DNA of 64,000 nt, from the NCBI GenBank assembly GCA_019058245.1, contig JAHPZJ010000013.1, positions 169,166 to 233,165 of the forward strand, in the 5' to 3' direction. The position numbers and the translations under genes are program-made. Numbering within the stretch: position 1 is the first letter of the stretch; each line of letters starts with the position of its first letter. The stretch comes from Promethearchaeota archaeon. Its GTDB lineage: Archaea > Asgardarchaeota > Lokiarchaeia > Sigyniarchaeales > SOKP01. Under the pieces are notes generated by a model. The model was not told the DNA's origin and made no database searches. It was given only the letters and a program-made list of their open reading frames with translations. This document shows positions 39,480-48,877 of this stretch, one piece after another.

Positions 39480-41039
39480 TTACTTTTTTTCTTTAGTTAT
39501 TTTCCTTTTAATGCCTATTTTTTTTGGTTTTTTTTTTACTTCCTTGATGATTGTATCCTCTCTTGTCAATTGACTTTTCAATTCTTCAGCGATACTATCA
39601 AGTTTATTAGCAGTGGTACTTACTTCTTCCATTGCAACAGTTTGTTCTTCTGAGGCAGCACTAATTTCCTCCATTGAATGTGTGGTATTTCTAATTTTAT
39701 CAATAATTTCATTAATAATAGATGTAGTATTTTTAATTGATTGTTTTATCCCCTCTGCAAGTTGTCTCACTTCATCTGCTACTACTGCGAATCCTTTTCC
39801 ATATTCTCCAGCTCTTCCAGATTCTATTCTTGCGTTTAATGATAATAAATATGTTTGTTCTGAAATATCAATGATCATTTCTGAGATTTTTTTGATTTCA
39901 TCTGATGAATCTGAAATTTCCATAATCTCTCTTGTTACTTTTTCAGTTGAAGCTGAAACTTCTTCTGCCGATGCATTAACTTCATTTGCACTCCCCGCCA
40001 ATTCACTAGCCATATTTGCCACATCAATAACAGCTCTAGCTCCTAATTTTAAAATATTTTCCATTGATTTATTTGTTTTAACAATTTCTTTTGTAGTTGG
40101 GATAGCGATTGCTATACTAATTCCAATTGCCAATACGATTGAAATAATGACTATGATATATGAAATAATTATTGTTATTTTTGAGTTTTCAATACTATTA
40201 TTAACTTCAGTTTCAATATCGTAATATATGTGACCAATGAGAATAGTTATTGGAGTATCTAAATTTTTAAGCGATTCCTTTCTTGATATAAGAGAATCAA
40301 CTATATTGAATAATTGATTTAGAACAAATGGTTCATAAGAATTATTATACCAGCTTTTAATCGCATTTGCAAGTGTCTTATTTTGACCAATAGGACTATC
40401 TATTATTATTTGTAGATTATCTTGAAATTCTGTCCCAAGATCGATAAACTCTAATTCAATTTCATCTCTTGTTAGTTTATTTGATTCATTACTATAATCA
40501 TTAATTAAAACTAATTGAGATTTTAGAAAATATTTTAATTCTGTAGCACTGTTTTTTAAAGTTAAATCAGTTTGTTGTGTTGTTAGATCAATTATATCTG
40601 ATTCATAACTCTGTGTAGCACTTTTGATTTGAGATAAATAAATAGAGAATTTATCTATTAAATTAAAAAGCCCATTGGTTTCATTAGTTGCAATTACATT
40701 AATTTGATTAATATAATTGCTAAGGGAGGATAAGTAATAAATCAAGGGGGGGTTTAATTCCTCTAAAATAATTGCAGATTCTAAAATATTTTCATATGAA
40801 TTATTGTAATTTGCTCTCATAATCATATCTCCACTCTCATAAGTATAGATAGTTCGCATAATTTTCTCGGTATGATATTTAATATTATTAGCATAAATAT
40901 TTGACTGTAATTTATTAGTTGTTAAATCGTCAATGGTGGAATTTAAAGTATAAATTTGAATCAAACTCGCAATTCCAAGGATTGTACATAATCCAATTAA
41001 AATAATATAACCATTTCTCATCCTTTTTTTAATATTCAT
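39480..41039 (-). CDS. Methyl-accepting chemotaxis protein
   Basis: Two TMs flanking an extracellular domain; hairpin [34 protein letters not shown]. Confidence 0.92.
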   Translation of the reverse strand: MNIKKRMRNGYIILIGLCTILGIASLIQIYTLNSTIDDLTTNKLQSNIYANNIKYHTEKIMRTIYTYESGDMIMRANYNNSYENILESAIILEELNPPLIYYLSSLSNYINQINVIATNETNGLFNLIDKFSIYLSQIKSATQSYESDIIDLTTQQTDLTLKNSATELKYFLKSQLVLINDYSNESNKLTRDEIELEFIDLGTEFQDNLQIIIDSPIGQNKTLANAIKSWYNNSYEPFVLNQLFNIVDSLISRKESLKNLDTPITILIGHIYYDIETEVNNSIENSKITIIISYIIVIISIVLAIGISIAIAIPTTKEIVKTNKSMENILKLGARAVIDVANMASELAGSANEVNASAEEVSASTEKVTREIMEISDSSDEIKKISEMIIDISEQTYLLSLNARIESGRAGEYGKGFAVVADEVRQLAEGIKQSIKNTTSIINEIIDKIRNTTHSMEEISAASEEQTVAMEEVSTTANKLDSIAEELKSQLTREDTIIKEVKKKPKKIGIKRKITKEKK

Positions 41040-41431
41040 AACTTAAGCTCTTGATATTTTTTGGTTAATTCAAAATAACTAAATAATTTTTTTCCTAATT
41101 CCTAATCAACAGAATTCAAATTTAAGAAAAAACTGAATTAATCATATTAGTTTATTAATTTAAACTTTTATCCATAGTTCTATAGTCGTGCTAAGAGTAC
41201 AAAAAAAAAATAGGAGATAGGATTATAAGGTTCAATTATCACTTCTTGAATCTTTTCAAATATTCTTTAATTCTACAAATTCCAAACAATTATAATAAAT
41301 TGTTACTGAGAAATTTTCTGTACTTTAGCAAAATTTGTAAAAAATCATAATTATAAAGAATATAGATAATCCACAAAACTCAAAAGTTTTTTTATATATT
41401 CAAACTAATAACATTATAGGTGTAATTAATC

Positions 41432-41914
41432 TTGCCAACTTCGAGAAGAGAATATTTAAAGCAATCCTGCAAATCAAAATATGAAAAATCCTTTGTAGAA
41501 GCAGTTCCAAATAACTTATTAGAGTTATACGAAGCGAATGTTAATATAGGTCAATATACTGTTGATTTTGCAATTGAGAAATATAAAATTGCTGTTGAAT
41601 GTGATAATATCCAATTAGATTATAAAACACCAGACCAAAAGAAAAGTGATTTAAGAAAAACTAAATTCCTTATCGATAATGGTTGGACAGTTTTTAGGTT
41701 TACCGCTCAAGTACTATTTTCGGCAGCACTTTTATGCCATAAAATGGTTGCTGATGAAATTGTTAAATATGAACCAAAAATAATGGATGTAAGTGAATTT
41801 TTATCTAATGAACAAATAGATTTTATAAACGAGAGGCTTTCTAATGTTGATATCACTACCTCACCTACATTTAAAAATGAAATAAGAACATTTGAAAGAA
41901 GAAGGAGCTCTTAA
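41432..41914 (+). CDS. DUF559/Vsr-like PD-(D/E)xK endonuclease domain protein
   Basis: IGQYTVDFA..KIAVECD..D..K..L...GWTVFRF. Confidence 0.75.
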   Translation: MPTSRREYLKQSCKSKYEKSFVEAVPNNLLELYEANVNIGQYTVDFAIEKYKIAVECDNIQLDYKTPDQKKSDLRKTKFLIDNGWTVFRFTAQVLFSAALLCHKMVADEIVKYEPKIMDVSEFLSNEQIDFINERLSNVDITTSPTFKNEIRTFERRRSS

Positions 41915-41973
41915 TGATTAGAACCATAAAAAAATAATACATTTTTTTTGAGTTCTAACTTTAGATAAGTTTT

Positions 41974-42189
41974 TTAAAATTCGATAAATTCCTGTTGTAA
42001 AATCATTTTATATTCTGGATCCCTTTCTCTAAATGGAATTCTCTCATTTCCTGAATAGATCTCCATAGATTTATATTTCTTAAATAGCTGTGAGAAAGGT
42101 ATGACGAGTTCAGAAATATTACAACTTTCTGAAACATGAGTAATATTAAGATTTTTATATTGAATTTTTTCTATTTTTCCAGAACTCAT
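41974..42189 (-). CDS. Small protein, family member 4
   Basis: VIPFS..EIYSGNERIPFRE....YKMILQQEFI. Confidence 0.7.
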   Translation of the reverse strand: MSSGKIEKIQYKNLNITHVSESCNISELVIPFSQLFKKYKSMEIYSGNERIPFRERDPEYKMILQQEFIEF

Positions 42190-42203
42190 TTTTTTTCACT
42201 CAC

Positions 42204-42629
42204 TCATTCTTTTACAATCAATTTTCCTCTTATTCGGAGTTTAACTCCTAACTTTTCTAATTTACTCCTATATTCAAAAATAATATCTCTTAGAATTTTT
42301 TTGCTAATTTCTAGTTGTTCAGCTAATATATCAAATTCTATCTCATTGAATAGTTCTGAGTACCTCACTAATTTCTGAATTGAATCTTGAATAACCTGAT
42401 CATAATCTGCAATCTCGATTTCCCTAGTAATATCATTTAAATCAATATCATAATTGCTCGTTAATAAATTTGGATTACTTTCAATCCAATTATGTATTAA
42501 ATTTCGGACTGTTTCTGAACGAGATTGTCTCCTCTTTTCTGCCATCAGATTAATAACTCTCTCATCAAAAGCATCGAGACTAAATGTAATTCTAGATAAA
42601 TCCGATGATTTCTTTGATTCTGATGGCAT
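42204..42629 (-). CDS. Ribbon-helix-helix (CopG-like) protein with C-terminal wHTH-like segment
   Basis: RITFSL..I..MA..SRSETVRNLI..W; C-terminal IEFDILAEQLEIS. Confidence 0.75.
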   Translation of the reverse strand: MPSESKKSSDLSRITFSLDAFDERVINLMAEKRRQSRSETVRNLIHNWIESNPNLLTSNYDIDLNDITREIEIADYDQVIQDSIQKLVRYSELFNEIEFDILAEQLEISKKILRDIIFEYRSKLEKLGVKLRIRGKLIVKE

Positions 42630-42680
42630 TTTTTATCTATCCGACAAAATTTTGATATTTAATATAATCATTTTTTTTCG

Positions 42681-42731
42681 AATATTTAAATATTTGCACA
42701 AATGATCATTTAGTGCATCACTGAAGATGCA
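42681..42731. promoter_or_regulatory. Overlapping palindromes between divergent genes (candidate RHH operator)
   Basis: AATATTT|AAATATT (42681-42694); TGCAC-AAATGATCATTT-A-GTGCA (42695-42717); TGCATC-N6-GATGCA (42714-42731). Confidence 0.55.
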
Positions 42732-42804
42732 TAGATTTATAAATGAAGAGGATCTTATAATATTCATATATTATTTGAATGTCATTTAAATATTATACCC
42801 TAGT

Positions 42805-43455
42805 GTGTGTAAAATGTTAGAACTTTATACTCCCCAATATGAAGAAATAAATACCAGAGAACGTATTACAATTGATATAATAAAGGATGGTCAAGAATTT
42901 TTACAGCAATTTGATATTAATCCTGACTATCTACTAGATACAGTTTCAGTTGTTTATAAATATTTGAGAAATAATGGTAAAATTCCTCATAATTTATATA
43001 AATTCTTTATTGCTGCTTATTATATAATTTCTCGACATCCTTTTGCCTTTCCTGTTCATGAAAGCAAAAAAACTTTCTGTGAAAGATTTAGACTCCCTAT
43101 AAGCGCGTTAGATTATTGCGTCGAAAGAATAGTGGATACATTGGATTATATTAGAATTTTAGACGATATGAATTTCCCTTATTTTATTGATCCTAAACGA
43201 GATATTTGCTTAAAATTTATAAAAAATCTCATTAGATCCAAAGTAGATAAAGCAATGATGCGTTTTTTAATAGGAAATCAGCCAATAAACTCTCAAATTC
43301 TTACTGAAGAATTGGTAAATGAGGTAATCTTTAAGCAAAAAGCTTTTCCTGAGGAGTTGTTAAGACAATTATTTGATATTGCTTTTGAATACGTTGAGGA
43401 AGGGTTTTTGGAATACAAGGAATATGTAAGATTGCAAAAAAAAATGTTTATATAA
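42805..43455 (+). CDS. Hypothetical protein, possible TFIIB/cyclin-like repeat
   Basis: IAAYYIISR..P...KKTFCERFRL....L....ERIVDTL resembles the TFB repeat AAALYIA.R....RT..EIA. Confidence 0.5.
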   Translation: MCKMLELYTPQYEEINTRERITIDIIKDGQEFLQQFDINPDYLLDTVSVVYKYLRNNGKIPHNLYKFFIAAYYIISRHPFAFPVHESKKTFCERFRLPISALDYCVERIVDTLDYIRILDDMNFPYFIDPKRDICLKFIKNLIRSKVDKAMMRFLIGNQPINSQILTEELVNEVIFKQKAFPEELLRQLFDIAFEYVEEGFLEYKEYVRLQKKMFI

Positions 43456-43521
43456 CTCGTTCGTAATTTCTAAGCTAAATAGTCTTAGATTCTTTGGTTT
43501 CTTTTTTTGTTAAAAAATACT

Positions 43522-44379
43522 TTATTTTATGGTCTTTTTATTTTCATATAGATTTAAATTTTCTAAGATTGAATTAACTTTTGAAAATAGACCTAAAATT
43601 AAACTTAATTCCTTGGTTGACATCATACTACGTCCAAAAATATTTTTAAATGCATAAAATACATTTTCTTCTTTATAAGACCGAATTTTCAATGTTTCTA
43701 TAATATTTTTCATTATTTTATATAAAATTTGACGATCTTTTTTATCAGCAAGTAACACAGGATTTTCTCCTCGACCAATAGTCAAGAAATTAATTTTTTT
43801 AAACATCTCGTACAAAACTATTCCACAAGCATGTGATAAATTTAATGCAGAATATTTAGTACTCGTGGGGATTCTTAATATTATATCAGCAAGACTTATC
43901 TGTTCATTTGTCAACCCTCGAGATTCTTTTCCAAAAAGAATAGCAATTTTTAATGATTTTTCTGAGATTGGAAGATTTAAATTCTCTGGAAAAACAGCTA
44001 ATCTTCTAATATTTGAATAGTTCTTCCCTTTAGCAGTTGTAGCAATTATATAGTCAAATCCCTCAAGTAATTTTTTCAGTTCTGATAAATGATTATCCTG
44101 ATTTTTCAATTCTATAATTTTAGCGTTAAAAAGTATATCTTTACCATGCATAGCAAAACCTTGAGTTTCATAGCTTAATATCTTATTACCTCTTTCAATT
44201 GGATTAAAAATGATAAGATTTTTAAAATTGAAATTTTCCATAATACGAGCTACTGCCCCTATATTCCCGGCATTCTCTGGTTGAACTAAAATTATAGTAA
44301 ATAAGAGATTTTTATATTCATTCATTATATGAGTCTCTTGAAAATTTTCAATCTCATTTTTATTTTTTTTTTTATTCAA
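43522..44379 (-). CDS. trmJ: tRNA 2'-O-methyltransferase, TrmJ/LasT (SPOUT) family
   Basis: ILVQPENAGNIGAVARIM.NF, FGKESRGLTNE, LNLSHA. Confidence 0.88.
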   Translation of the reverse strand: MNKKKNKNEIENFQETHIMNEYKNLLFTIILVQPENAGNIGAVARIMENFNFKNLIIFNPIERGNKILSYETQGFAMHGKDILFNAKIIELKNQDNHLSELKKLLEGFDYIIATTAKGKNYSNIRRLAVFPENLNLPISEKSLKIAILFGKESRGLTNEQISLADIILRIPTSTKYSALNLSHACGIVLYEMFKKINFLTIGRGENPVLLADKKDRQILYKIMKNIIETLKIRSYKEENVFYAFKNIFGRSMMSTKELSLILGLFSKVNSILENLNLYENKKTIK

Positions 44380-44676
44380 ACAAAATCACGCTTAATATTT
44401 CTAATATATTTTCAATATTTCAATTCATAATAAATCTAAATTATCAAATATTAAGTTTATTTTCTATTCTATTCTGTTCATTAAAAATAAAGCTTAATCC
44501 TATATAAGAACGAATAAATTATTCACTACTTTTGTTTTATTAAATAACCTAAATGAAAGATATAAATATGAAAAATCTCATTAATTTGTTAAATTATCAA
44601 TTTTTCATTTGAAAACATTAACTTTAATAAAACAATATTAACAATTTTAAAATCAATATAAGATTAGATTGAGATT

Positions 44677-45270
44677 ATGGCAGTCTATAAAAATATCGCA
44701 GAATTCCTTGAATTTATAAATATTAGCAACGATAACTTTACTCTTTTTGAATGGAAACCAGCAAGATCTATGAGGAGATTTGATTTAGATCTAAATATAG
44801 TAAAAGAAAATCCCATCACTGACATTTTCTTTCATAAAGATAAGGGTAATATGAAAATTGTATATATAAGAAAGCATAATCTTATATATACAGTAGGTGC
44901 TAGCCCTCGAGTCCAATATCAATTACTGGAAGCGTTATTAGAATATATAGACTTATTATTCAACGATTTTTATGATATAGAGGTGATATTATCTTATAGC
45001 GATTTTTCTCCAGGTATTTTTAATGGATTCAAGGAAAGTGTTGAAAATACTATAAGAGATTTTGCTGATTTAGATTTGGTTAAAAGGATTTTAGTAGAAT
45101 GCCGGGTATGTAATACAGTTCTCCCATTATTTATAAAAAAAAGTATGATTGAAAATGCCGAATCTTACCCTGTTCCTATAGTATATGAACACCGGGGTCA
45201 CGCGATATTATGTTTTATCGATAAAAATTTTCATCATCGTGGTGTTGAACTAGTCAATATTTCAGGATAG
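44677..45270 (+). CDS. Hypothetical protein: longin-like N-terminus plus C-terminal CxxC...HxxH zinc-binding domain
   Basis: CRVC..YPVPIVYEHRGHAILCFIDKNF..RG; the N-terminal beta/alpha pattern is my inference. Confidence 0.5.
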   Translation: MAVYKNIAEFLEFINISNDNFTLFEWKPARSMRRFDLDLNIVKENPITDIFFHKDKGNMKIVYIRKHNLIYTVGASPRVQYQLLEALLEYIDLLFNDFYDIEVILSYSDFSPGIFNGFKESVENTIRDFADLDLVKRILVECRVCNTVLPLFIKKSMIENAESYPVPIVYEHRGHAILCFIDKNFHHRGVELVNISG

Positions 45271-45353
45271 AAAAATATTAAAGCCTATTTTTGAGTGATT
45301 ATTCTTAAATTCTCAATAATGAATTTTAAAAGGATAATAAAAATAATATACAT

Positions 45354-46394
45354 ATGGAAGAAAATCAGAATTCTGATGATCAACCCTTTTTTGAGGATGT
45401 TGTAAAAAAAACAAAAACAGGCATTACTTTTCCAAAAGAGTTAAGGGACTCATTATTTGAGGAAGATGCTGACATTTTTTTCAAATTAGTGGTTCCAAAA
45501 GAGAAAGATAAAATAATCTTGGAGTTTTTATCTGATGAAGAAGCTAAAGAATTATCTGAGAAATCAAAAACTAAGAAAGCTAAAGTAATTCCTACTTCAA
45601 GTGCTTCTGGAGAAAAAGGAAAAAAAACTACTAAAAAAACTTCAGCTCTAACCCCCGCTTGGGGTGAATATTTTGTTTATGATTTTGAAGCAAAAGATAA
45701 AATCATTCCTATTTTAGAATCTGCTTTTTATAAGTTCGCTGAAACTCCCTTAAACTTAGAAGATGCCATGGGACGAGTAAAATACGCATTGGTGTCTTTT
45801 CTTACCTCTACTAAAACGGAAAATGCTAAACTATATTTTGCTATTGAAAAATTCTTGATAGATATTATTGATAAGTTTGATCAACCAAATTTGCTTGATT
45901 GGATCTTTGAAAAAATTATACCAAATATTGAAAGCAAATTCCTTTATGAATTAGCATTATTAGAATTGGTTGAAGCTAGTTTGAAATTTAAAAGATGGGA
46001 GAAAGCAGAAATCTATATATTCTATGTGTTAAAAAACATCGATAGCTATGCAAAATCAGAAATGTATAACATTATGAACAGCTTTAAACAATTAGTTAAG
46101 AAAGTTAAATATGTTGAGAGAAGCGATAAAATTGATATTTTACTTAAAGAGAAGCTAATGGAATACGGTAAGGGGGTTGATTTAGATTACAAAATTCAAA
46201 TTGTTGAATTTCTTGAAGATTTACAGTATATCGAACTAGCATATAATCTAGCAAAAGAAATTCAAGTAAGTTTACCTCCCGAAAGTATGAAAATTGAGGA
46301 AATAAGAAAAATAGTCAGAAGATTACATACTGCCCCTATCGAAAGTAAACCCGTTTCAAGTACAGATTTTGAAGAAGATGATCCAGAGGATTAG
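45354..46394 (+). CDS. Hypothetical protein with AbrB/SpoVT-like N-terminus and helical C-terminus
   Basis: GITFPKELRDSL resembles AbrB GQITIPKEIR..L. Confidence 0.55.
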   Translation: MEENQNSDDQPFFEDVVKKTKTGITFPKELRDSLFEEDADIFFKLVVPKEKDKIILEFLSDEEAKELSEKSKTKKAKVIPTSSASGEKGKKTTKKTSALTPAWGEYFVYDFEAKDKIIPILESAFYKFAETPLNLEDAMGRVKYALVSFLTSTKTENAKLYFAIEKFLIDIIDKFDQPNLLDWIFEKIIPNIESKFLYELALLELVEASLKFKRWEKAEIYIFYVLKNIDSYAKSEMYNIMNSFKQLVKKVKYVERSDKIDILLKEKLMEYGKGVDLDYKIQIVEFLEDLQYIELAYNLAKEIQVSLPPESMKIEEIRKIVRRLHTAPIESKPVSSTDFEEDDPED

Positions 46395-47659
46395 GTTTTT
46401 TTATTTTCTTCTTCTTTATGCCCCTCTTTTAATTCATCCTCAACTCTCTTCATTTCTTGGTCCATTATTTTCTGTTCCTTTTGTTCTATAGATTTTTGTT
46501 TTAATTCAATTTCAACTTGAGATAATTCTTTTTCTTTTTCAATTAACTCTTCTTTTATTTTTAATACTTTTTCTCGCTCTAGAATTTCTTTTTCTTCTAA
46601 TTCCTTTTCTTTCTCTTCAATCTCTAATTTTTTTTTTTTGATTTCAATGTCCTTCTTTTTTAGTTCAATCTCTTTATCAATAATTTCCTCTTCTTTTTTC
46701 TTGAGTTTTTTAGGAATTTTTTTTTCAATTTCCTCTCCCATTTCACTTTCTTTTTCTAAGATTTCTTCTTTTAATTTAAGGACTTCTTCTTTTTTTTGCA
46801 TTACTTTTTCTTCTATTTCCTTCTTTTTTTCTTCTAATTCTAATTTTCTTTTCTTAATTTCTAATTCTTTCTTTTTTAGTTCAAATTCTTTATCCAATAT
46901 TTCAGATTCTTCTTTTTCAAGAGAAATTTCTTTTTTTTCATCCGCTTTTAATTTTTCAATTTGATCTTCAGGAATTTCTTTTTTTATATTTTCTTCTTCT
47001 ACAATTTCTTCAATTTTATCAACAGAAACTATGGATTTTAAAATCTGATCGATATATTCTTTTAAGACTTCATTTTCTGGAATATCAGCAATCTGTTTTA
47101 TATAATCTTTTAAGATTTTTGTTAGAAAACCAGGAGACCTATTTCCTATTATTTTTAGTACCTGTAATGCTTTTTCTATTACAAAGTCTTTATCATCGGA
47201 TAACCTTTTTAAGATAACGTTTATAAGCTCGATATTATCGATTGATGCTTCTCCTCCAACCATATAGATTAATAACTGTAAAGCAGCTTCTCGAACATTA
47301 GGATCTTCTGAATTCAATAAATCTTCACTATAAGGAAGAAATAAATTAGCTTCATCTTCACAAATTGTTTTTAAAAGTAGTAAAAACGTATATCTTAGTA
47401 CCGAATCTTTTTTCGATAAATTTTCTAATAAAGATGGTATATCAATAATAAGGTTTTCAATTAAGAAGCGTAAAACGGTTCGTCCTCCATGTAATGTTAA
47501 TAAAGATTCAATTACTTCTTCAAGTCTCGCTAAGTATTCCACTTCATTAGCATCTCCGATAAAGAGTGCAATAATTTGTACGGCATCGTCAAATCTACCA
47601 TCATTTACAAAATCTTTTATTTGACTAATTTCTATCGCATCATTTTTTTCATCATTCAT
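46391..47659 (-). CDS. HEAT-repeat protein with long E/K-rich coiled coil
   Basis: LLNSEDPNVREAA, LSDDKDFVIEKAL; repeated EI.DKE.ELKKK..EIKK.KLE.EEK. Confidence 0.75.
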   Translation of the reverse strand: MNDEKNDAIEISQIKDFVNDGRFDDAVQIIALFIGDANEVEYLARLEEVIESLLTLHGGRTVLRFLIENLIIDIPSLLENLSKKDSVLRYTFLLLLKTICEDEANLFLPYSEDLLNSEDPNVREAALQLLIYMVGGEASIDNIELINVILKRLSDDKDFVIEKALQVLKIIGNRSPGFLTKILKDYIKQIADIPENEVLKEYIDQILKSIVSVDKIEEIVEEENIKKEIPEDQIEKLKADEKKEISLEKEESEILDKEFELKKKELEIKKRKLELEEKKKEIEEKVMQKKEEVLKLKEEILEKESEMGEEIEKKIPKKLKKKEEEIIDKEIELKKKDIEIKKKKLEIEEKEKELEEKEILEREKVLKIKEELIEKEKELSQVEIELKQKSIEQKEQKIMDQEMKRVEDELKEGHKEEENKKT

Positions 47660-47685
47660 ATTATTTTCCTCTTTTTATCTTTTTT

Positions 47686-48639
47686 CTATACCCAAATTAT
47701 ATAATAATCGGTATAAATTCGAGTTATAAAATTAAAAATTAATCTCAAATCTCTAAATCTTAATCGTGATTTTTGACCCTCTTCATTATAATTATTAGTT
47801 AAAAGATTAATGTACATAATAATTTCTAGGTTTTGATTCTTATCAGTATTTAAATTTATTTGATCACAATATTGAGTCAATGCATTAAGATCTTCCCAAA
47901 AAGTATTCCAGAAATATTGGTCTGCCTTAGATTCCTGAGATTCAGATGGATCTCTTGAAATTCCTGTTAGAACGTCAGAAGGTACTTTAAGTGCAATTTC
48001 TATATGCTTAGAGGTAACATATGTTAAACTCACTTCAGGAAAATATAGGGCTGCATAAAATTTACATATCCCATATAATAATTCAAGACTAGCAATATCT
48101 TCACGATTAGCATTGCATAGAACATAATTTTCTTTTAAAAAAACAATATGCAAACGATCTCCGAATTTGAAAATAATATAATCATCAATTAATAAATAAT
48201 TAAAATTTTCATTCCTATTATGGATTCTATCATCAAAAATCTTAAAAATATCATCCCATTTTTTGATTGAAACGAACTTATTCAATTTACGATAATCACC
48301 ATGAAAGAAAATATCTAGAAAATCAATTAAGTAAAGATAATTATCGTAGGGTCGATAAATCACCGTTTTATTCCTAAAATACCTTTCATTAACTCCTTTA
48401 TGGACACTATAACAAAATTTTGGTAAATCTTCAATAGTTAATCCTGCCTTAATTCTTAATTTAAGTAAAAAACGTCGTGAGCACTTTGGCTGTAAAGTGC
48501 ATGCTATTCTATCTCGCTCACATTCCTCAAAACATAATTTATCTATTCGAGTTTTTAAAATATTTATTAACTCTGATTTAGTTTTTGCATCAGATTCATT
48601 ACGTAAATACTTTAAAATATGTTCTTCATTTAAAGGCAT
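47686..48639 (-). CDS. Hypothetical protein with N-terminal Cys cluster
   Basis: CFEEC..C..C..CYSVH. Confidence 0.6.
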   Translation of the reverse strand: MPLNEEHILKYLRNESDAKTKSELINILKTRIDKLCFEECERDRIACTLQPKCSRRFLLKLRIKAGLTIEDLPKFCYSVHKGVNERYFRNKTVIYRPYDNYLYLIDFLDIFFHGDYRKLNKFVSIKKWDDIFKIFDDRIHNRNENFNYLLIDDYIIFKFGDRLHIVFLKENYVLCNANREDIASLELLYGICKFYAALYFPEVSLTYVTSKHIEIALKVPSDVLTGISRDPSESQESKADQYFWNTFWEDLNALTQYCDQINLNTDKNQNLEIIMYINLLTNNYNEEGQKSRLRFRDLRLIFNFITRIYTDYYIIWV

Positions 48640-48877
48640 TTAAATTACTATTTAAATAATTTTTTTTTAATTTTTATTAATCTTCAGTAGTTAAGATTTA
48701 TGAAGTTTTCACTTACTCTATAGAATAAATATTATTAAATTCTAAAATTTTTTATTATTTTTCTTAATAATAAGTATAGAAGTTTTAATTCTATTGTCAA
48801 TTAAAATTATTAATAAACATTTCTTCTTTACTAATAAAAATAACATTTCCAATCAAATCAATTAGGTTTAAAAGAAT

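Noticed and set aside
39480-41039. Chemotaxis operon
   Set aside because: The MCP is solitary; no che or archaellum genes nearby.
46400-47000. T-rich repetitive DNA as a non-coding repeat or array
   Set aside because: It is the antisense of GAA/AAA codons in an E/K coiled coil.
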